Shown: positions 59,948 to 64,000 of the stretch, piece after piece
How positions within the stretch are numbered: the stretch's first letter is position 1
Layout of the letters: every line of letters starts with the position of its first letter
DNA from: a virus
Length of the DNA stretch: 64,000 nucleotides
UHGV virus genome: UHGV-1366976
Reading direction: 5' to 3' (one strand)
Made by a program: the position numbers and the translations under genes
Notes under the pieces: generated by a model
Database searches by the model: none
What the model saw: only the letters and a program-made list of their open reading frames with translations
What the model was told of the DNA's origin: nothing

Positions 59948-60300
59948 TTCTCCTTATCAACAGAATACCATTTTCCTTCAATTTTATAAGGGACAAAGAA
60001 AACTTGATTCATATTATCATCTTCAATCCATCCATTTTTAACTAGTAAATCTGCAATAAATTGGGTTAGATTATGAAAATCACATCTTCTTTTACTATCC
60101 CTAACAAAATGAAGTCTAATAAACAAAGGTTTGTCTATTTCTCCTACATATTCTCTAAATTCTTTTGACTTTTCAACAAAAATATCCTTTGTAGCTTTCT
60201 CATATTTAAAACAAAGAGGAGACTTAATTAAAAGCCCACTCTTTGTCATCATTCTAGAATTTTTGCTACTAGGAACATTACCTGGTATAAAAATTTCCAT
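59902..60300 (-). CDS. rusA: RusA-like Holliday junction resolvase (132 aa)
   Basis: It shows the RusA pattern: an N-terminal PGNVPSSKNSR, followed by RRCDFHNLTQFIADLLVKNGWIEDDNMNQV (rrD.dN..K...D.L...g...DD.qv). Confidence 0.55.
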   Translation of the reverse strand: MEIFIPGNVPSSKNSRMMTKSGLLIKSPLCFKYEKATKDIFVEKSKEFREYVGEIDKPLFIRLHFVRDSKRRCDFHNLTQFIADLLVKNGWIEDDNMNQVFFVPYKIEGKWYSVDKENCGVWIKVDQWKISD

Positions 60301-61704
60301 TTATTTTACTAATTCAATTTGTTTGTAATCATATGAATAAGCAAAATCATCTAGAATTTCAATGAATCCACATCTGTCTCCATAAGAGATTTGATGTTGT
60401 ACTACCATTTTCATTCTATGGGAAATATAAGATAATAAATAGTCTACAATTGTTCTATCCTTAAAACAACTAGAAATAATAGAATTAAGATCTACTTTAA
60501 GTTTATCACTAGAAGCACTCTTAATAATTTCATCCTGATGATTTAGCAAATACCACACTAGGGAATTACAAATATATACCCAGGGAATTACTTTATACTT
60601 ATTTAATGTTGGAGTATGAATTCTAAATTCAATAGTCTTTGCTCCACCAAAAATAAGATTTACAAGATTTACCCATTTGTATCTAGCATGTACTTCCCAT
60701 TTTCTATTACCATCTCTATCATGTGGATGATTTGCTCCAAATCCTTCAAATACAAAACCTGGAGTTTCAGCATACATATCAAACAATTGTTTAAATTGTT
60801 TTTCTACACTAAGAGTATTATCACAAGCATTTTTAGCTAATTTTTTACAATAATCTTTATCTCCCTTCTTAAAAGAGGAAGATGCTGTCATCATTGAGGG
60901 AAACATGGCTAAAATTTGAGGCTCTAATGCTTTAAAATAATGATATGCTGCAACAACAAGTGTTTTATCTACAGTAGGAACTCCTACATGAACATGAAGA
61001 GAACATTGATGGTCAATATCACAATAATTTTGCAACATTTCACAAGTCTCATGTAATACACCAATACCTTCTTTGCCTTTAAGAGGAATTGTAGCATATT
61101 CATTTCCTGTTATTGAACCATCTTTTAAAGGAATTAATCCTAGTCTAGCACATTCTGATTGTGGCACTGAACCAGAACATGTTTCAAATTCTATTCCAAA
61201 AGTTAAATTTGGAAGGTTAAACATACCAATTCTATTGGGAGTGTAATTGTCAGAATGGTATTTTTTAAAATCCTCTAATAAAAATTTAGCTCCATAGTTA
61301 TTTGGGAAATCATACATCCAAGAATATTTTCTATTTCTAATAGGTGTTTTATAGTTATTTCCCATACTAAGTTTCCCATTATACTTATAGATAAGATTTT
61401 TAGGATTAATATACATATCTGGATCAACTTCCAAGAATCCAACTTCTTTTAAATATTTCTTGTCAAATACAGTAATTACAATTCCAAGAATATTTACAGA
61501 AGCATTTTTAGCATAATTTCTACTAAAGAAACCATAATAATATTGTTGAGATAAAGGATCAAAATTTACAACTCCATAAATAAGAGAAGAAACAGAACTT
61601 CTCATCTCTTTTTTCTCAAAATCATAATATCTACTTCTACTAGGAGCAGTTTGAGTTAAGAAATAATGAACTCCTTCTTCTACATTAAAATCATTCTTAA
61701 ACAT
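60301..61704 (-). CDS. two-domain protein (467 aa): an unknown N-terminal ~160-aa domain plus a C-terminal Amidoligase_2-like (glutamine synthetase/GCS2-type carboxylate-amine ligase) domain
   Basis: TFGIEFETCSG is a G-x-E-x-E motif. CSLHVHVGVP is the H-x-H-x-G motif typical of GCS2/YbdK-type amidoligases. TIEFRIHTPTLN is an E-x-R motif. Confidence 0.5.
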   Translation of the reverse strand: MFKNDFNVEEGVHYFLTQTAPSRSRYYDFEKKEMRSSVSSLIYGVVNFDPLSQQYYYGFFSRNYAKNASVNILGIVITVFDKKYLKEVGFLEVDPDMYINPKNLIYKYNGKLSMGNNYKTPIRNRKYSWMYDFPNNYGAKFLLEDFKKYHSDNYTPNRIGMFNLPNLTFGIEFETCSGSVPQSECARLGLIPLKDGSITGNEYATIPLKGKEGIGVLHETCEMLQNYCDIDHQCSLHVHVGVPTVDKTLVVAAYHYFKALEPQILAMFPSMMTASSSFKKGDKDYCKKLAKNACDNTLSVEKQFKQLFDMYAETPGFVFEGFGANHPHDRDGNRKWEVHARYKWVNLVNLIFGGAKTIEFRIHTPTLNKYKVIPWVYICNSLVWYLLNHQDEIIKSASSDKLKVDLNSIISSCFKDRTIVDYLLSYISHRMKMVVQHQISYGDRCGFIEILDDFAYSYDYKQIELVK

Positions 61705-61707
61705 AAA

Positions 61708-63513
61708 TTAATCCAGTGTTTTTAAAGTTTTAGTCAAATCTTCAATAATTTCATTAGCTTCTTTAATCAATTCAGAAAGTCCAGTAATGTCTTGACATTC
61801 TTGTACAAACATTAAAAATTGTTGTTTACATAATTCTACTTGTGCAAAACTTTCACTTTTAAGAGCTAATAATAAATCCTCATAATTATTCTTTACATCT
61901 TCTTTAAACTCTTCCCAACCTAAGTCACCAAAATAATATTTAATGCATTCAGAAAGTTGGGTAAAATCTGTTCTTAACCATTCAGGACAGAGAATATTTG
62001 TTCTGTCAGATTTAAAATTACTATAGTAGTGAGACATACCTACTCTCTTACCTATATCATTAAAATCTGTTTTAGTAGAAAAAGTTTTATAGAATTCACT
62101 AATTCCTTTAGTAATTAAATAGCTTCTTAAAGTAAATAAAGGACTAAAATAGCCTGTTGGAAATATATTCCCTTTTACTTTAAAATCATATCTAGTAAAG
62201 GCATTCTCTCCTAAATACAAGAAATTCTCAGCAATAAAAGGTGTAATATAATCCACTTTTCCTGTTAAAGTATAAATTTGTTGAGCCATTTTATAACAAT
62301 GAGGATGGATTAGTATACCATCTATAAAGTACACTTTCCAATCTGAAGTATATTTACTTGTAGTTATATATCCTAAAGGAGAACAATTATACACTCCATT
62401 CAATAACTGTTTCTTTTGATAATATCTACCTCTAGCAAATAGAATATTATCACTATTATAATAGCCTTCAGTAGATTCTTTATCTAGATCACTTTCAAGT
62501 TTGGTTTTAGAAGGAACTATTAAAACTGGAATCTTTTTATCTTCCTTCTTAGTATTAAATTTGTTTCCTTCTTTATACCTTTCAGATTCTCTCTCCCAAT
62601 ATCTCTGATAAGCAACATCATCTTCATAATCATCACCATAACTTCCATAGTTATAATAATCATAACCATAAGCATTGTGATTATGACCAGAATAAGTGGA
62701 TACATAAGGTTTCTTTTGAAGACATTCACTCCTATCATAGACAGTTTTACTTACAAGTTTTCCATTTTCAAATTTATATAAAGTATTAGGTTCTACAGGA
62801 GCTATTCTTTCTTGATCATCTTTAGAATTATCTATAAATGATAAAGATTCTTCTAAAGAAGAAAAATACCAATAATCCTCATCTATATTATACAAGAACA
62901 AAGGTCTTTCTTCATCTGTAGTTGTTGAAGTACTATAAGCTTTAGATTTTCCTCTAAAAATATATACTACATCAACTCCTCTAGAAATCTTTTCTCTAAT
63001 ATCATAGATAACTATAGCTGCTGCACCAATATATTCAGTTAGGATTTTAAATCCCTCTTTTTTAATTAGTTTAGCTAGAATTTTAGAATCAGTTTCACCT
63101 TTAACTTCTTTGATACCATATTTTTCAGCTAATTCTTCATGATTCTGGAGTGTACCATTATGAATCATTACAAAATCTTCTGTTAAAACATTTTCTTGTT
63201 TTTTTTGTTCTTCTGTTAAAGACTCATTTAATAATACTATGGGTTGAGCATTAGCTTCTGTATGAGCACCTACAGTAGCTTTTCTACAATGTCCTAAAAT
63301 AACATTGTTTTCTTTAAATACAGAATCATTTTTATAAGATAAAACTAAATCTCTATAAAGTTTTTTCTTTTCTACTCCATAAAGAACTCTTCCTAGTAAA
63401 TACCTTCCACAAGAATCACCACCTCTAGAATCATTAAAAAGTCCTAATACATTAAACTTATCCCAACTAAATCTTTTATTATCTTTTCCAATATAACCAA
63501 AAAGTCCACACAT
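61708..63513 (-). CDS. fusion protein (601 aa): an N-terminal class II (Ntn) glutamine amidotransferase domain plus a ~400-aa C-terminal domain of unknown function containing a Tyr/Asp-rich low-complexity tract
   Basis: There is a motif-by-motif match to GlmS/PurF-type Gn-AT II domains: MCGLFGYIG (nucleophile Cys2), SRGGDSCG (RG-DS-G), GHCRKATVGAHTEANAQP (R-AT-G...NAxP), VMIHNGTLQNHEEL (HNGxIxN) and GETDSKILAKLI (ETD[ST]E). No PP-loop SGGxDS is present, so this is not a QueC or AsnB-type synthetase. The low-complexity tract reads YGYDYYNYGSYGDDYEDD. Confidence 0.8.
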   Translation of the reverse strand: MCGLFGYIGKDNKRFSWDKFNVLGLFNDSRGGDSCGRYLLGRVLYGVEKKKLYRDLVLSYKNDSVFKENNVILGHCRKATVGAHTEANAQPIVLLNESLTEEQKKQENVLTEDFVMIHNGTLQNHEELAEKYGIKEVKGETDSKILAKLIKKEGFKILTEYIGAAAIVIYDIREKISRGVDVVYIFRGKSKAYSTSTTTDEERPLFLYNIDEDYWYFSSLEESLSFIDNSKDDQERIAPVEPNTLYKFENGKLVSKTVYDRSECLQKKPYVSTYSGHNHNAYGYDYYNYGSYGDDYEDDVAYQRYWERESERYKEGNKFNTKKEDKKIPVLIVPSKTKLESDLDKESTEGYYNSDNILFARGRYYQKKQLLNGVYNCSPLGYITTSKYTSDWKVYFIDGILIHPHCYKMAQQIYTLTGKVDYITPFIAENFLYLGENAFTRYDFKVKGNIFPTGYFSPLFTLRSYLITKGISEFYKTFSTKTDFNDIGKRVGMSHYYSNFKSDRTNILCPEWLRTDFTQLSECIKYYFGDLGWEEFKEDVKNNYEDLLLALKSESFAQVELCKQQFLMFVQECQDITGLSELIKEANEIIEDLTKTLKTLD

Positions 63514-63530
63514 AATATTATTTTAAATAA

Positions 63531-64000
63531 TTAAACCATAGGAATATTAAATGTCTCTACAAGCTGTTTAGCTACTTCTACATTTCCTCCCATAGCTGCT
63601 AAGACTTCATCTTTTAATACATCTATATCAATAGAATCTTCATCGTCATTTAAATATTTATTTACTTCTTCAATAGCTTTAAGAGTATTATTAAAAGCCC
63701 ATCTTAGTAGATTATCATCTTTTAAGAAATATCCACTTAATGTTCTGGCTTCTACTCCATATCTACAATGTCTAAAAGACCCAGCTGATCCATAAACTCC
63801 TCTTCTCTCATTCTTAGGCTCTATTAATACAGAAGGAACTCCAACAAATAGATCAAAGAATTTTACTATAATAATATTTAATGGAGCTACAGGATCTTTA
63901 TATCCTATATGAATGTGCATACCCACAGTCCTCAATGTTCCTGGAAATTCTGCTGGTTTAGGATTAACTTCTCCATCTTTCCAAGCATTATAATCTTCAG
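63531..64000 (-). CDS. second Amidoligase_2-like protein; its N-terminus lies beyond the window edge (at least 156 aa seen)
   Basis: The minus-strand frame is open from 64000 (...EDYNAWKDGEVNPKPAEFPGTLRTVGMHIHIGYKD...). The annotated M is a TTG. It carries HIHIG and GVEARTLSGYF motifs that parallel SLHVHVG and IEFRIHT in the 467-aa paralog. Confidence 0.45.
   Translation of the reverse strand, partial: EDYNAWKDGEVNPKPAEFPGTLRTVGMHIHIGYKDPVAPLNIIIVKFFDLFVGVPSVLIEPKNERRGVYGSAGSFRHCRYGVEARTLSGYFLKDDNLLRWAFNNTLKAIEEVNKYLNDDEDSIDIDVLKDEVLAAMGGNVEVAKQLVETFNIPMV

Noticed and set aside
60131-60840. + strand ORFs 60131-60328 and 60616-60840
   Set aside because: They are antisense to the RusA-like and amidoligase-like genes.
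62520-62738. minus-strand 72-aa Met/Ile-rich ORF in a different frame inside the GAT-II fusion gene
   Set aside because: It overlaps the Tyr/Asp-rich low-complexity tract of the real frame and is an alternative-frame artefact.
63531-63935. ORF-track start MRTVGM for the right-edge amidoligase-like gene
   Set aside because: The M corresponds to a TTG. The frame is open upstream to the window edge, so the gene is treated as 5'-truncated by the window rather than starting here.
1-64000. CRISPR arrays, tRNA and rRNA genes
   Set aside because: I could identify no direct-repeat and spacer architecture and no cloverleaf-compatible tRNA candidates by eye. tRNAs would need tRNAscan-SE to exclude.

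Overview
This window is AT-rich phage DNA of roughly 30% GC, with two modules that converge at about 48.36 kb. Positions 1 to 48352 on the + strand form a virion, tail-fibre and lysis module. It holds two giant fibre genes (1896 and 1664 aa) with collagen-like Gly-X-Y tracts and 18-aa tandem repeats. It ends in a run of five giant ORFs (1360, 1244, 598, 3598 and 1379 aa) that look like internal or ejected cargo proteins. The 3598-aa ORF carries a zincin HExxH motif and a GSDFDVDKMY motif resembling the catalytic DxDGD loop of QDE-1 and crAss-like virion RNA polymerases. Positions 48412 to 64000 on the minus strand form a replication and nucleotide-metabolism module: a T4 gp1-like dNMP kinase, ThyX, a metallophosphoesterase, dUTPase, a DEDDh exonuclease, a family A DNA polymerase, a class II-type ribonucleotide reductase, a PD-(D/E)xK nuclease and a RusA-like resolvase. 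Four promoters match the Bacteroidetes sigma-A consensus exactly (TTTG, 20 to 22 nt spacer, TATCTTTG), so the host is probably a Bacteroidetes bacterium and the phage may be crAss-like. Three group I introns share nearly identical P/Q/R/S core elements. Intron 1 (about 167 to 986) carries an HNH homing endonuclease and splits an unidentified gene at the left edge. Intron 2 (about 17608 to 17880) has no ORF and splits a small glycine-zipper membrane-protein gene. Intron 3 (about 55334 to 56382, minus strand) carries a LAGLIDADG homing endonuclease with its own promoter and splits the RNR gene after the conserved GLKGVTV/YRDGSR junction. The most unusual region is the right edge, 60301 to 64000 on the minus strand. 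It holds a class II glutamine amidotransferase domain fused to an unknown 400-aa domain, flanked by two paralogous Amidoligase_2-like proteins (GCS2-type HxHxG and ExR motifs). This cluster lies directly beside the nucleotide-metabolism genes and its function is unknown. No rRNA, tRNA or CRISPR could be supported by eye.
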